From Planctomycetota bacterium (GTDB lineage: Bacteria > Planctomycetota > Planctomycetia > Pirellulales > UBA1268), in the NCBI GenBank assembly GCA_037133115.1, contig JBAXOU010000001.1, positions 5,888-69,887 on the forward strand: DNA of 64,000 bases, in the 5' to 3' direction. The translations under genes were made by a program, and so were the position numbers. Shown piece by piece: positions 1-9,114 of the stretch (within the stretch, counting starts at the first letter, position 1; each line of letters begins with the position of its first letter). The notes under the pieces are model-generated. The model made no database searches and was not told where the DNA came from. It worked only from the letters and a program-made list of their open reading frames with translations.

Positions 1-1689
1 CACCGGGCGGCCCTCGCGGATCGGCCAGGTCCGCTCGTAGGAGTGGATGTGGCCGTTCCACACCACATCGACGCCGTAGCGGTCGAAGAGTTTCGTCAGC
101 GGGCGGATCCGCATGTCGCCCCAGGTGCTCTTGCCCTTCCAGAGGTTCCCGTAGTCGTCCTCGTCGGAGGAGTACGACGGGTGGTGGTAGGAGACGAACT
201 TCCAGACCACGTCGGACGTGCCGTTCTTCTCCGCGCTCTCGAGCGCCGCCAGTTCCCGCTCGAGCCACTGATACTGCTCACTGTCCGGGCCGACGTTCTT
301 GTTGGAATCGATCGCGAAGAAGATGGCGTTGCCGTACCGGAACGAATAGTAGTATTCGGGAGCCGGCACGTTCATGTAGCGATAGTAGTGGTCGGCGTTC
401 TGCTCGTGGTTGCCGATCACCGGATACATGCACACGCGGGAGAAGAGCGGGCTCATGCTCGCGAAGAACTCGTCCACCCACTGCCGCTTGATCGGCCCCT
501 GATCGACGAGATCGCCGGGAATGAGCAGGAAGTTGGGCCGCAGCCGCCAGATCTGCTCGGCAAGACTGCCGTTGACCGTGGGGTTGCCCTGGGTGTCGCC
601 CATCACGGCGAAGGCGAAGGGGGTCTCCGGCCGGGATGCGGTCTGAAACGAGCCGACGTCGCCCTTGAGCCACGTCTCGCCGCCTTCCTCCTGGACGAGC
701 ACCTGATAGTAGTGCCCAGTCTCGGCGGCGAGCCCGTCGAGCGTGGCGGCATGCAGGAGACGATCGTCGCTCGTGGCATCGACGTCGCGGTCGAATCGGG
801 ACGTCTCGCCGAACCGAACCCGCACCTTCGCTGGTCGGCTCACCTCGCACATCACGCGGATGCTGGTGCCGGTGGCGTACTGCAGATACGGCTTTACGAG
901 AAAAGAGAAATCGCGGGCGGGGTCGGCCTGTGGCGGGAGGGCGACCCAGGCGGCGTGGTGGCCGTATTCATGCTCCACCCAGGCAGGCTTGGCGGCCACG
1001 TCGTAGATCACGGCCTGGCCGAGCCGGCCATGCATCGGAAACGACTCGTTGGAGTCGGCATAGGCCCCGAGCACGAGCCGGGCGTCCTTGGGATAGAGAA
1101 CCGGACCATGCTGCTCGCGGGTCTCGGCATCGAGTTTGCCGTTGACCCACAGCTGCATCGACTCGCCGTCGTAGACGCCGCAGACGTGATACCAGCGGCT
1201 CGGCTCGATCGGCGTCGTGCCGGTAAGGTAGGTCATCCGACCGTTGCCATCGTCGGCCCCGGCGCTCGCGAGCCCGAAGGTGAAGCAGCGGTCGTTGTAG
1301 CCGAGCACCCATCCAGTTTCCGCGTCGCCGTTGTCCTGAAAGGCCGACACGATTCCACCGAAGGGGAGCGTCTCATCGAGGCTCACGAGCGCCGAGACCG
1401 TGATCGCGTCGGTCGGCAGCACGTCCCGCACAGCCGCCCAATCGCCGTCGGCCACGAACACGTCCTGCCGGCCGTCGAGGCGGAGGCACCGCAGCCGGCC
1501 GGCCGATTCGGCCGAGGCGTCGCCGTCGTGCCGCAGGTCGGGGCCGATCTGGGCGTCGAGCCGGCCGTCGCGAAGAAAGGCCCGCTCGAAGAGCCAATGG
1601 GCCCGCGGGTCCGGGCCCTCGTGCGACAGGGCGCGGCTGCCCGACATGACCACCGCCACGGCCGCTGCCAGCCACAGTCTTGCAAGCAT
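1..1689 (-). CDS. Secreted LamG-like lectin domain + purple-acid-phosphatase-type metallophosphoesterase (C-terminus runs off the window)
   Basis: Own translation of the - strand frame whose codons end at nt 1. ATG at 1689..1687; signal-like MLARLWLAAAVAVVMSGSRA. LamG-like WYHVCGVYDGESMQLWVNGK. Metallophosphoesterase motifs GDTQG, GDLVDQG, GNHE, VSYHHP, GHIHSYER. There is no stop before the window edge, so it is absent from the ORF track. Confidence 0.8.
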   Translation of the reverse strand, partial: MLARLWLAAAVAVVMSGSRALSHEGPDPRAHWLFERAFLRDGRLDAQIGPDLRHDGDASAESAGRLRCLRLDGRQDVFVADGDWAAVRDVLPTDAITVSALVSLDETLPFGGIVSAFQDNGDAETGWVLGYNDRCFTFGLASAGADDGNGRMTYLTGTTPIEPSRWYHVCGVYDGESMQLWVNGKLDAETREQHGPVLYPKDARLVLGAYADSNESFPMHGRLGQAVIYDVAAKPAWVEHEYGHHAAWVALPPQADPARDFSFLVKPYLQYATGTSIRVMCEVSRPAKVRVRFGETSRFDRDVDATSDDRLLHAATLDGLAAETGHYYQVLVQEEGGETWLKGDVGSFQTASRPETPFAFAVMGDTQGNPTVNGSLAEQIWRLRPNFLLIPGDLVDQGPIKRQWVDEFFASMSPLFSRVCMYPVIGNHEQNADHYYRYMNVPAPEYYYSFRYGNAIFFAIDSNKNVGPDSEQYQWLERELAALESAEKNGTSDVVWKFVSYHHPSYSSDEDDYGNLWKGKSTWGDMRIRPLTKLFDRYGVDVVWNGHIHSYERTWPIREGRPV

Positions 1690-1740
1690 CGTCTGCCTCC
1701 TGGCGTATTGGCCCCCGTGGTGTGCCGCTGGCCGCACGGC

Positions 1741-2883
1741 TCACTGCGCCTGGTTTTGGTCACCCAGATTGCGGGAGCCGAGTGCGCTGTACGCCGCCGC
1801 ATCGATCGAGTCTTGCAAAAACCGCACCGAGCCGTCGCCGTAGGCGAAGGTGGCACCGCCGGGATGACGGCTGCCAAAGCTGAGTTCGTACGCGGCAAAG
1901 GCGGCCGATCCCTGTGCCACCCTCGGCGCGTTCATGGGCACCCCCGTCGAGCCGAGAAACTCGGACATGTCGCCTTGGTTATTGGTGTCGACGTCGTCGC
2001 CGCCAAACGCCCAGTGATCCTTGCGGCCGGAGTTGGCAGCGTTGTTTTCGTTGATGATTCCCATCTCCGGCATGACGGCGAGATCGGGCTCGGCCTCGCC
2101 GAACAGGATCGTGTTCGACGTCCCGTCCTTCACACCCTGGATCTTGGTGCCGGTCGACCCGAATGACTGGCCGTTGTAGCGAATCCGCTGATGCGGGATG
2201 CGATTGACCATGATGCCGTCGAGGTCGGAGATCACCTCCGTTGCGTGTTCCCCGCCGTTCCATGGCGTTGCCGCGGTCTGCCGGCGACGATCGACGGTGA
2301 GCGTGCCCGACACGCAGCCCAGGTAGTTGCTCATGGCCCGCTGCTGGACAATCCAGTTGTCGCCGGAGATGTCGGCCGCATTTGCGGGAAACTGGGATGA
2401 CGCACAGCGGAAGGTCGGGATCGACTGCTCGCAGGCGTAGATGTTTTTATAGAACTTGTTGTAGGCCCGGTTCGTCAGCGCCGCCTGGCCGGTGATCCCG
2501 GGCACACCAAATGCCCACTGGTAGTTGCCCTCACCGTCTTCCTGGAAGGTCATCACCTCGAAGATGTTGTTTTGCTCCATGTAGGGAAGGATGAGCGAAG
2601 GCCACGCGGTTCCCACCTCGAACTCCGCCGCCATCGGAAATCCCTTGCGGGCGTCGTGGAAGCCGAGCGTCGCCAGGGCGACCGACCTCAGGTTGTTCGA
2701 GCAGTTCATCCGCCGTGCCGACTCCCGCGCCGACTGCACCGCCGGCAAGAGCAGGCCGATGAGCGTGGCGATGATCGCGATCACCACGAGCAGTTCCACG
2801 AGCGTAAACCCCCGGGCTCGTCGCCCGCTGAGCCGACCGGGAATGACCCGGACTCCGCCTCGATGATTTAGCACGTCGATCAC
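1741..2883 (-). CDS. DUF1559 / H-X9-DG protein with prepilin-type N-terminal cleavage-methylation domain
   Basis: [42 protein letters not shown] near the N-terminus; C-terminal RHPGGATFAYGDGSV (H-X9-DG). The start is GTG at 2883, overlapping the upstream TGA (GTGA). Confidence 0.9.
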   Translation of the reverse strand: MIDVLNHRGGVRVIPGRLSGRRARGFTLVELLVVIAIIATLIGLLLPAVQSARESARRMNCSNNLRSVALATLGFHDARKGFPMAAEFEVGTAWPSLILPYMEQNNIFEVMTFQEDGEGNYQWAFGVPGITGQAALTNRAYNKFYKNIYACEQSIPTFRCASSQFPANAADISGDNWIVQQRAMSNYLGCVSGTLTVDRRRQTAATPWNGGEHATEVISDLDGIMVNRIPHQRIRYNGQSFGSTGTKIQGVKDGTSNTILFGEAEPDLAVMPEMGIINENNAANSGRKDHWAFGGDDVDTNNQGDMSEFLGSTGVPMNAPRVAQGSAAFAAYELSFGSRHPGGATFAYGDGSVRFLQDSIDAAAYSALGSRNLGDQNQAQ

Positions 2884-3410
2884 TTCTTGGCTCCTTCCAA
2901 GGGGATATCGAAGTCGAAGGTGTTCGGCTCACCCTTGCGGACCACGGCACGCTCCGGCGTGGTGCTCGGCGCTTCGTAGGCTTTGGGAAACAGGTTCCTG
3001 ACGCCCCCCTCGACTTCACTCGGCTTGATGTCGGGGGGGAGCGGTTCTCCCGCCTTGTTCACCCAGGCCACGAGCGTCACCTTGTAGTCACCGGCCCAGA
3101 TGCCAGTCTCGCCCTGGGGATGCTGAATGACGTAGTGGCCGTCAGTGCCAGAAATGCCAAAGCCGAAGCCGTGGCGATTTGGGTCGAACTGCGTCGCATC
3201 GGGAAAGAACCCAACCTTGCAGCCACCGAGCGGCTTGCCACTCAACCGCACCGTTCCCTGCACCTGATGCATGGGCGGCTTGCCGCAGCCGACCAGCACC
3301 AGAGCACCGATCACGCACCCCAACCAAGGGCCTGCCCGGCGACGCTTGGCTGCGTCGCCGGGGTTGGCCTGGTTGGTAGACGTTCGTCGGTGCTGGTGAT
3401 TGTCGGTCAA
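2880..3410 (-). CDS. Putative lipoprotein, beta-sandwich (carboxypeptidase-regulatory-like) partner of DUF1559 genes
   Basis: Basic n-region KRRRAG followed by lipobox LVGC|G. VQGTVRLSGKPL... and the C-terminal NTFDFDIP resemble the 47325 and 48905 proteins. The only upstream start is TTG at 3410, so the start is uncertain. Confidence 0.6.
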   Translation of the reverse strand: MTDNHQHRRTSTNQANPGDAAKRRRAGPWLGCVIGALVLVGCGKPPMHQVQGTVRLSGKPLGGCKVGFFPDATQFDPNRHGFGFGISGTDGHYVIQHPQGETGIWAGDYKVTLVAWVNKAGEPLPPDIKPSEVEGGVRNLFPKAYEAPSTTPERAVVRKGEPNTFDFDIPLEGAKK

Positions 3411-3445
3411 GTGGTCGTCCCAGATTCGGTTCCCAAGATCTTGGG

Positions 3446-6400
3446 TCAGATCACCGAGAAGACCGACTTCTTACGACCGGTACCGCTACTGACGGAACTC
3501 TGCGATGTCGACGCCATTGCGGCGAAGGCCGCATCGGCCGGCGACACCGCCGTGGTCGTTCCGACCTCAACGGCAGCCGACTGCGACGCCGGGAGGTAGG
3601 AGCCCTTGTCGTAGACATCGCCAATGCCGGTGATGTCGGTCACGTCAACCACTCCGTCATGGTTGTTATCGCCCTCGCTCCAGTCAGCAGGCAGACCGGA
3701 GTCGTACTTATTGGACGTAAACAGGGCGGCGATGTCCTGGACGTCAACCACACCGTCGAGGTTCGAGTCACCCGGGGCCGCAAAGCCGACGGTGAAGGAC
3801 CCGCCGTTATCCATCCACCCGAGCGTCCGGGCGGAGTTCGAGGCCGCAACCGACGATGTGAAGCCCGCGGTGCCATTCCACGAGCCATCGCCCTTGCCGG
3901 CGTTGATCGCCGCAAGGATCGAGGTCCGATTGAGACCCGAGTGGGTCGTCATCTTGCCCGCCCCGAAGTCGACGAGGCCGCCACTCGCCAGAACGAGCGA
4001 GGTGATGTCGACCGTGCCGGTGCCGACGTCGAGCACCACCTTCGCCCCGGCCTGGACTTCCAGCGGACCGCTGCCGAGGGCGGCGACGTTCCGCACGATC
4101 AGCGTGCCCGCCGTCACCACCGTGCCACCCGAGTGGGTGTTGGCGGCCGTGAGGACGAGCGTGCCCGTACCCTGCTTCACGATCCGCTCGGCACCCGAGT
4201 GGACCGTCGAGTCGGTCTGGGTCTGGCCAGACGGGACATCGACGATCGTCCCGTCAGCTCCGACGCGGCCCGGCGAGCCGGTGTCGCCGACTCCGTAGAC
4301 CGAGGACGTCGGGTGGAGAGCCCCGTCGGTGCCCGCCACCGAGGCACGCCAGTTCGTGCCCACGTCGGTGTCGCCGCTCAGGTTCTTGAGGTAATGGCTC
4401 GAGCCGGCCACGTACGCCGGCCAGACCGTGCCGTCTTCGGCGAAGTTCGCCGTGTTGCGGGTCGTGCCCGAAGCATCCTTCAGGACGAAGATCTCGTTGG
4501 CCCGGGTGGGCGAGTTGTCGAGATCGCCCCACGTCACCGCAACCACTCCGGCGGTCACGGGCACGTTCCAGGCCGTGCGGAAGGCGGCGGCGGTGCCCGT
4601 CCAGCCGTTGTAGACCACGAGCACACCCCCGGCCGGGATCGTGGTTCCCGCAGGAATCGCGCCCCACTTGATGGTGTCCTCGTCGTCGAAGGTCCAGCTG
4701 CCGACATCGGCCGTTCTCGACCCGCGGTTGTAGAGTTCGACCCATTCCGTGGCCGTGTCGCGGCTGCCGGACTGCGTCGAGTCGTACATGATCTCCGAGA
4801 TCACCACGTCGCCCACGTCGTTGTCGGCGATCGACACACTCGTGCTTCCGGCGACGAAGCTTGCCGCCGTAGCCGTGAACGTCACCGGCCGCGTGCCCCG
4901 GTAGATGACGTCGTTCACGATCGTGATCGGGAACGTCACCGACGCCTGGCCGTTCGGAATCGTCACCGTGGCGGGCACGGTGGCGGCACCCGTGTCGCTG
5001 CTCGCAAGCGTCACGACCAGGTCACCGACGGTGCCGAGGGTCCTCGTGACCGTGCCCGTCAGCGGGGCGTCGCCCTCGGTTGCCGTCGCCGCAACCGCCA
5101 CGACCAGCGTGGCGGCGTCGGCCGTGGTGAAGTTCCACGTCGTCGGCGAGCTGATGCCGGGGCTCGGCAGACCGTCTACGGTGCCCTTCACGCTGATGTT
5201 GTCGATCGCCCACCACCAGTCGTTCGTCCCGGTGTTGGTCCATTTGAAGACCATCGTGCCATCGTCGGGGTTCGGCACCGACACCGTGCGGTGCTCGTTG
5301 ACGTTGGCAGCCGATGAGCTGCCGAGCGTGTTGCTCGAATCAAGCGTGAGCAGGTTGGTCCAGCTCGTGCCGCCGTCGTAGCTCACATCGAGGAAGCCCT
5401 GCATGTTGTCGGGCGTGTAGGGCGTGAACGAACCACCGCTCTCCGGCCGGAAGCTCGAATCAAACTCGAGAATCACCGAACTGGCGGCCACGGTGGCGAG
5501 GTTGATCGGCGACGACAGCAACTTCGCGTTGAAGCTGTTGTTAGGATAGAAGCCGTAGTCATCCCACTCGTCGGTGTCGGCCACGGCGACCGTGCCCGAA
5601 CCGAGAGTGAAGTTCGCCCGGCTCTGGCCGCCCTCGGTGCTCCAGAAGTTCTTGTTGGCGAACGTCCAGCCCCGCCACTCCGGCGCCCCGCCGAATGGCA
5701 TGGCCGAGTTGTCGGTGGTCCAGCCGCCCGGCGGCGTGGCGGTGAACTCCTTACCACCCTGCAGGCCCACGGTCTCGTAGACGGCCGGACCCAGCGGGAG
5801 CAGTTCGAAGTCTTGCTTGAGGAGTTGCACGCCGCTGGTGACAAACGACGAGGCGCTGAGGACGGCCCCGTTGTCGATCAGGATGTAGTAGTCGGTCAGC
5901 TTAACGAGGTCGCGGACCGGGTTGATCGTCAGCGTGGAGCCACTGATCGACACCTCCGCGGAGTTGATGTCGATCATCTTCTCCGCCTTGTTGTCGGATC
6001 CCCGGACGATGTAGATGAACCCGTTGCCCTTCTTGATGGCCTGGTCGTAGGTGACCACGCCGTTGGCCGAGACCGCCACGGCGGTCGCACCGTCGGCGGG
6101 CGAGAGATTCGTCGGCTTCGGGAAGTCGTCGTCGAGCACCGTCACGGTGGCCGAGACCGAGAAGAAGTCGGTCGCGGTCGCGGTGATCACCGAGGTCTGG
6201 GAACCGTCGGAGAGAAGATCGTCGACGCCCGAGATCGAGAACGTCACCGACGACTGGCCGTCGGGAATCGTCACGGTGGCGGGCACCGTGGCGGCCGACG
6301 TGGTGCCGCTGGCGAGCGCCACGACGAGCGCGCCCGAGGTGCCGGCGGCGGCATTGCGGGTGACGGTGCCGGTGGCGACGCCGCCGTTCTCGCTGATCGA

Positions 6401-8938
6401 CGGCGGAGTCAACGTCACCGTGAGGGTCGGAGCCTCGGCCGTGGTCACGCTCCACGAGGCCTTGTCGTCGATGCCCGCATAGGGCACGCCCGCCTTCTCA
6501 CCGCGAACGACGATGTTGTCGATCGCCCACCACCAGTTGTTGTCGCCTTCGAAATAGCCAAACTTGAACTTCATCTGGCCCGATGCCGGACTGGTGAGCG
6601 GGGCATCGACCGTAGCGCCCTGCACGTACTGGCCCGCGGTGTTGGCCGCCGACACCACGATGTGGTTGTTGAGGGCGCTGTTGGTGTTGTTCGCGTCGCC
6701 GAAGAAGAGCAGTGGCGACCAGGTCGCCCCGTCGTCGTACGAGACCTCGACGGTGCCGTACTGCGGGAGTTCCTTGTTGTAGCTGGAGTCAAACTCGAGG
6801 GTCACAGTGCCGGGCGTGATGCCGGAGAGATCGATGGACTTCGTGATGAGGAGACTGTTGAACCGACCCGCGGCGTGCGAGACGTCATCCCACTCGTCGG
6901 AGTCGGCCACCGCAACAGTGCCGGTGCCGAGGGTGAACCGGCTGCGATCCTGATCGCCGGCGGTCGTAACCCACGAGTTCTTGTTGACAAACGTCCAGCC
7001 CTGGAGGTCGGACTGGCTCGCGGGCATCTGCGTGTTGTCGACCGTGAACCCGGCCGGGAGCGTGTGGGTGAAGTCGGTGCCAGTGCCATTCGGCTCCGTG
7101 ACGAAGGGGCCGAGCGGCAGTTGCTCGAACGTCTCGGTGAGCAGAACCGCGTTGGTCGTGACCGTGCTGCTCGTGTCGAGGAAGGCACCGTCGTCGATCA
7201 GCACGGAGTAGCCGGTGAGGCCCTTGAGGTTGATCGGCGGGTCGATCGTGACGGTCGAACCCGAAACGACGACGGCCGACGACTTGACATCGATCGTGGC
7301 GCCGATCCAGCCGGTGGCCGTCTCGACGATGTGGATGTTGCCAGTGCCCTTCTTCACCGCGGTGTCGAAGGTGAGGCTGAAGTTCGCCTTGTAGCCAACG
7401 CCGGTGGCGTTGTCGGCCGGAGTGAGCGTGAGGACCTTCGGGCCTTCATCGTCGAGCACGTTGATCGAGGCCGTGCTCTGGGAGTAGACCACCGACGTGG
7501 CGGTGATCGTCACCTTCTGCGTCCGGTCGCTGAGGCTGTCGTCGACGGCCGTGATCGGGAAGGTAACCGACGACTGGCCGTTCGGAATCAGCACCGTGGC
7601 CGGAACCGTGGCCTCAGACGTGTCGCTGCTCGTGAGCGTGACGAGCACGTCGCCGACCGGCAGGTTGTTGCGAGACACGGTCGCCGTGGCGGTGCCGCCG
7701 TTCTCGCTCATCGAACTGGGATTGATTGCGAGGGTCAGCTTGGGCGACTCGGGCGTGGTGAAGTTCCAGAACGCGGCATCGGAGAGGCCTGCATATTCGC
7801 GACCCACGATGTTGCCAGTGATCTTCATGTTGTCGACGCCCCACCACCAGTCGTTCGTGCCTTCGCAGTAGAAGCGGAACACGAGCGAGCCGCTGCTGGG
7901 GTTGGCCACGGCTCCGAAGGTGGCGCCACCCTTGAGATCGCCGCTCACGCCGGTGGGGGTGCCGGAGACGAGGTGCTCGTTGATGCTCTTGTTCACGAAA
8001 CTTGCGCTTCCGGCAGTGTTCGTGGTGTTGTTCTCGTTGAGCGTCAAGAGGGTGGACCAGGTGGTGCCGCCGTCGTAGCTCACATCGAGTTTGCCGGTCT
8101 GGGCCTCACCGGGGCCTTCAGGGCGGAAGCTCGAATCGAACTCGAGTTTCACCGAACCGGCCGCCACGCCCGTCAGGTCAACGGGTTTGGTGGTGACATA
8201 GCCCTTGAACGCCCCGCCGTTGGCGGCGTCGTCGAACTCGTCGGTGTCGGCCACCATGATCGACCCGGAGGCAAGCGTAAACTGATCGCGGTCCTGGCCG
8301 GTCGTCCCGCCAGACTCCTTGATCCAGGAGTTCTTGTCGGCGGCCACCCAGCCCTTCCACTCCTCCTTGCCGCCGGTCGGCATCTGGCTGTTGTCAACCG
8401 TAAAGCCAAGCGCGGGGTTCGGGCTCCAGTCGGTACCGTCGCCGCCGCCGTCGGTCACGAACGGCTGCAGGGGCGTGAAGTCGAAGTTTTGCTGGAGGAG
8501 CGTGGCACCGGTGGTCGGGGTCGAGGAGGTGTCGATGAACGCGCCCTTGTCGATGTACACCGAGTAGGTGTTGTCGAGTTCCAGGTCGGTCGGGAGGTCG
8601 ACCGTCACCTGATTGCCGCTGATCGCCACATTCGCCGACCGCACGTCCACCGCCACGCCCGTCGTGCCCGTGCCCTGCCGGACGACGTAGATGCTGCCCT
8701 GGCCCTTGGCCACGTTCTCGTTGAACGTGAACACCAGATCGCTGTTGAGCGGAACGTTCGTCGAGCCGTCGAGCGGAGCAATGCCCGTCACCGAGAGAGC
8801 GAGCATGTTGCGGTTCTCAAACCGCTCCAGGCTGGCAAGCCCGCCGAGCCGCCGCGGATGGCGGGCCTGGCGCGACTGAAACAGGCTCTTGAGGGCGGTC
8901 GCGAACGAGGCAGCGGTCGAGCGGCGGCGGAACGACAT
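3446..8938 (-). CDS. Giant secreted surface protein (1830 aa): 3 tandem super-modules, lamin-tail-like domain, autotransporter-associated beta-strand repeats, dockerin-like Ca-binding pair
   Basis: ATG at 8938. Ig-like/SbsA-like segments (LSPADGATAV...). LTD-like VVISEIMYDS...EWVELYN (about nt 4349-4813). GTGTLVLTAANTHSGGTVVTAGTLIV repeat. DSNLDGVVDVQDIAALF...GDNNHDGVVDVTDI (about nt 3614-3769). No PEP-CTERM. Confidence 0.9.
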   Translation of the reverse strand: MSFRRRSTAASFATALKSLFQSRQARHPRRLGGLASLERFENRNMLALSVTGIAPLDGSTNVPLNSDLVFTFNENVAKGQGSIYVVRQGTGTTGVAVDVRSANVAISGNQVTVDLPTDLELDNTYSVYIDKGAFIDTSSTPTTGATLLQQNFDFTPLQPFVTDGGGDGTDWSPNPALGFTVDNSQMPTGGKEEWKGWVAADKNSWIKESGGTTGQDRDQFTLASGSIMVADTDEFDDAANGGAFKGYVTTKPVDLTGVAAGSVKLEFDSSFRPEGPGEAQTGKLDVSYDGGTTWSTLLTLNENNTTNTAGSASFVNKSINEHLVSGTPTGVSGDLKGGATFGAVANPSSGSLVFRFYCEGTNDWWWGVDNMKITGNIVGREYAGLSDAAFWNFTTPESPKLTLAINPSSMSENGGTATATVSRNNLPVGDVLVTLTSSDTSEATVPATVLIPNGQSSVTFPITAVDDSLSDRTQKVTITATSVVYSQSTASINVLDDEGPKVLTLTPADNATGVGYKANFSLTFDTAVKKGTGNIHIVETATGWIGATIDVKSSAVVVSGSTVTIDPPINLKGLTGYSVLIDDGAFLDTSSTVTTNAVLLTETFEQLPLGPFVTEPNGTGTDFTHTLPAGFTVDNTQMPASQSDLQGWTFVNKNSWVTTAGDQDRSRFTLGTGTVAVADSDEWDDVSHAAGRFNSLLITKSIDLSGITPGTVTLEFDSSYNKELPQYGTVEVSYDDGATWSPLLFFGDANNTNSALNNHIVVSAANTAGQYVQGATVDAPLTSPASGQMKFKFGYFEGDNNWWWAIDNIVVRGEKAGVPYAGIDDKASWSVTTAEAPTLTVTLTPPSISENGGVATGTVTRNAAAGTSGALVVALASGTTSAATVPATVTIPDGQSSVTFSISGVDDLLSDGSQTSVITATATDFFSVSATVTVLDDDFPKPTNLSPADGATAVAVSANGVVTYDQAIKKGNGFIYIVRGSDNKAEKMIDINSAEVSISGSTLTINPVRDLVKLTDYYILIDNGAVLSASSFVTSGVQLLKQDFELLPLGPAVYETVGLQGGKEFTATPPGGWTTDNSAMPFGGAPEWRGWTFANKNFWSTEGGQSRANFTLGSGTVAVADTDEWDDYGFYPNNSFNAKLLSSPINLATVAASSVILEFDSSFRPESGGSFTPYTPDNMQGFLDVSYDGGTSWTNLLTLDSSNTLGSSSAANVNEHRTVSVPNPDDGTMVFKWTNTGTNDWWWAIDNISVKGTVDGLPSPGISSPTTWNFTTADAATLVVAVAATATEGDAPLTGTVTRTLGTVGDLVVTLASSDTGAATVPATVTIPNGQASVTFPITIVNDVIYRGTRPVTFTATAASFVAGSTSVSIADNDVGDVVISEIMYDSTQSGSRDTATEWVELYNRGSRTADVGSWTFDDEDTIKWGAIPAGTTIPAGGVLVVYNGWTGTAAAFRTAWNVPVTAGVVAVTWGDLDNSPTRANEIFVLKDASGTTRNTANFAEDGTVWPAYVAGSSHYLKNLSGDTDVGTNWRASVAGTDGALHPTSSVYGVGDTGSPGRVGADGTIVDVPSGQTQTDSTVHSGAERIVKQGTGTLVLTAANTHSGGTVVTAGTLIVRNVAALGSGPLEVQAGAKVVLDVGTGTVDITSLVLASGGLVDFGAGKMTTHSGLNRTSILAAINAGKGDGSWNGTAGFTSSVAASNSARTLGWMDNGGSFTVGFAAPGDSNLDGVVDVQDIAALFTSNKYDSGLPADWSEGDNNHDGVVDVTDITGIGDVYDKGSYLPASQSAAVEVGTTTAVSPADAAFAAMASTSQSSVSSGTGRKKSVFSVI
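4823..8800 (-). repeat. Three tandem ~435-451 aa coding super-modules inside the 1830-aa gene (about 7448-8800, 6128-7447, 4823-6127)
   Basis: Each module repeats three parts: an Ig-like segment; a W-rich domain (DN(S/T)QMP...GW...KNSW...FTLG(S/T)G(T/S)V(A/M)VADTDE(W/F)DD...LEFDSS...VSYDGG..W..LL...NDWWW(A/G)(I/V)DN); and a Calx-beta-like segment (SENGG.AT.TV.RN...ATVPATVTIP.GQSSVTF.I..VDD). Boundaries are approximate. Confidence 0.8.
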
Positions 8939-9114
8939 GAGAGGCTCCCGTTGAGTGAGGGCGTTTGGATCAGCGATCCTTTGGTGCGAGCGTTATGACG
9001 GCCGTCGATGAGGACATCACCAGAGATCCGTGAGTTTCCGATGAAAATCCCGTGAGGGTTTGATGAGGAACATCGCCCGTTCGGGCCACTGCAAGGCTAT
9101 TTCGCGGGATGTGT

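Noticed and set aside
43-2166. 707-aa + strand ORF (GTG start) spanning the first 2 kb
   Set aside because: It is antisense to two well-supported - strand genes (LamG-metallophosphoesterase, DUF1559). The composition is R/G/V/A/H/P-rich with no motifs. This is a typical GC-driven shadow ORF.
3659-8998. Long + strand ORFs 3659..5317 (552 aa) and 5813..8998 (1061 aa)
   Set aside because: They are antisense to the 1830-aa surface-protein gene. The R/G/D/V-rich translations have no domain signatures. The - strand product has clear repeated domains.
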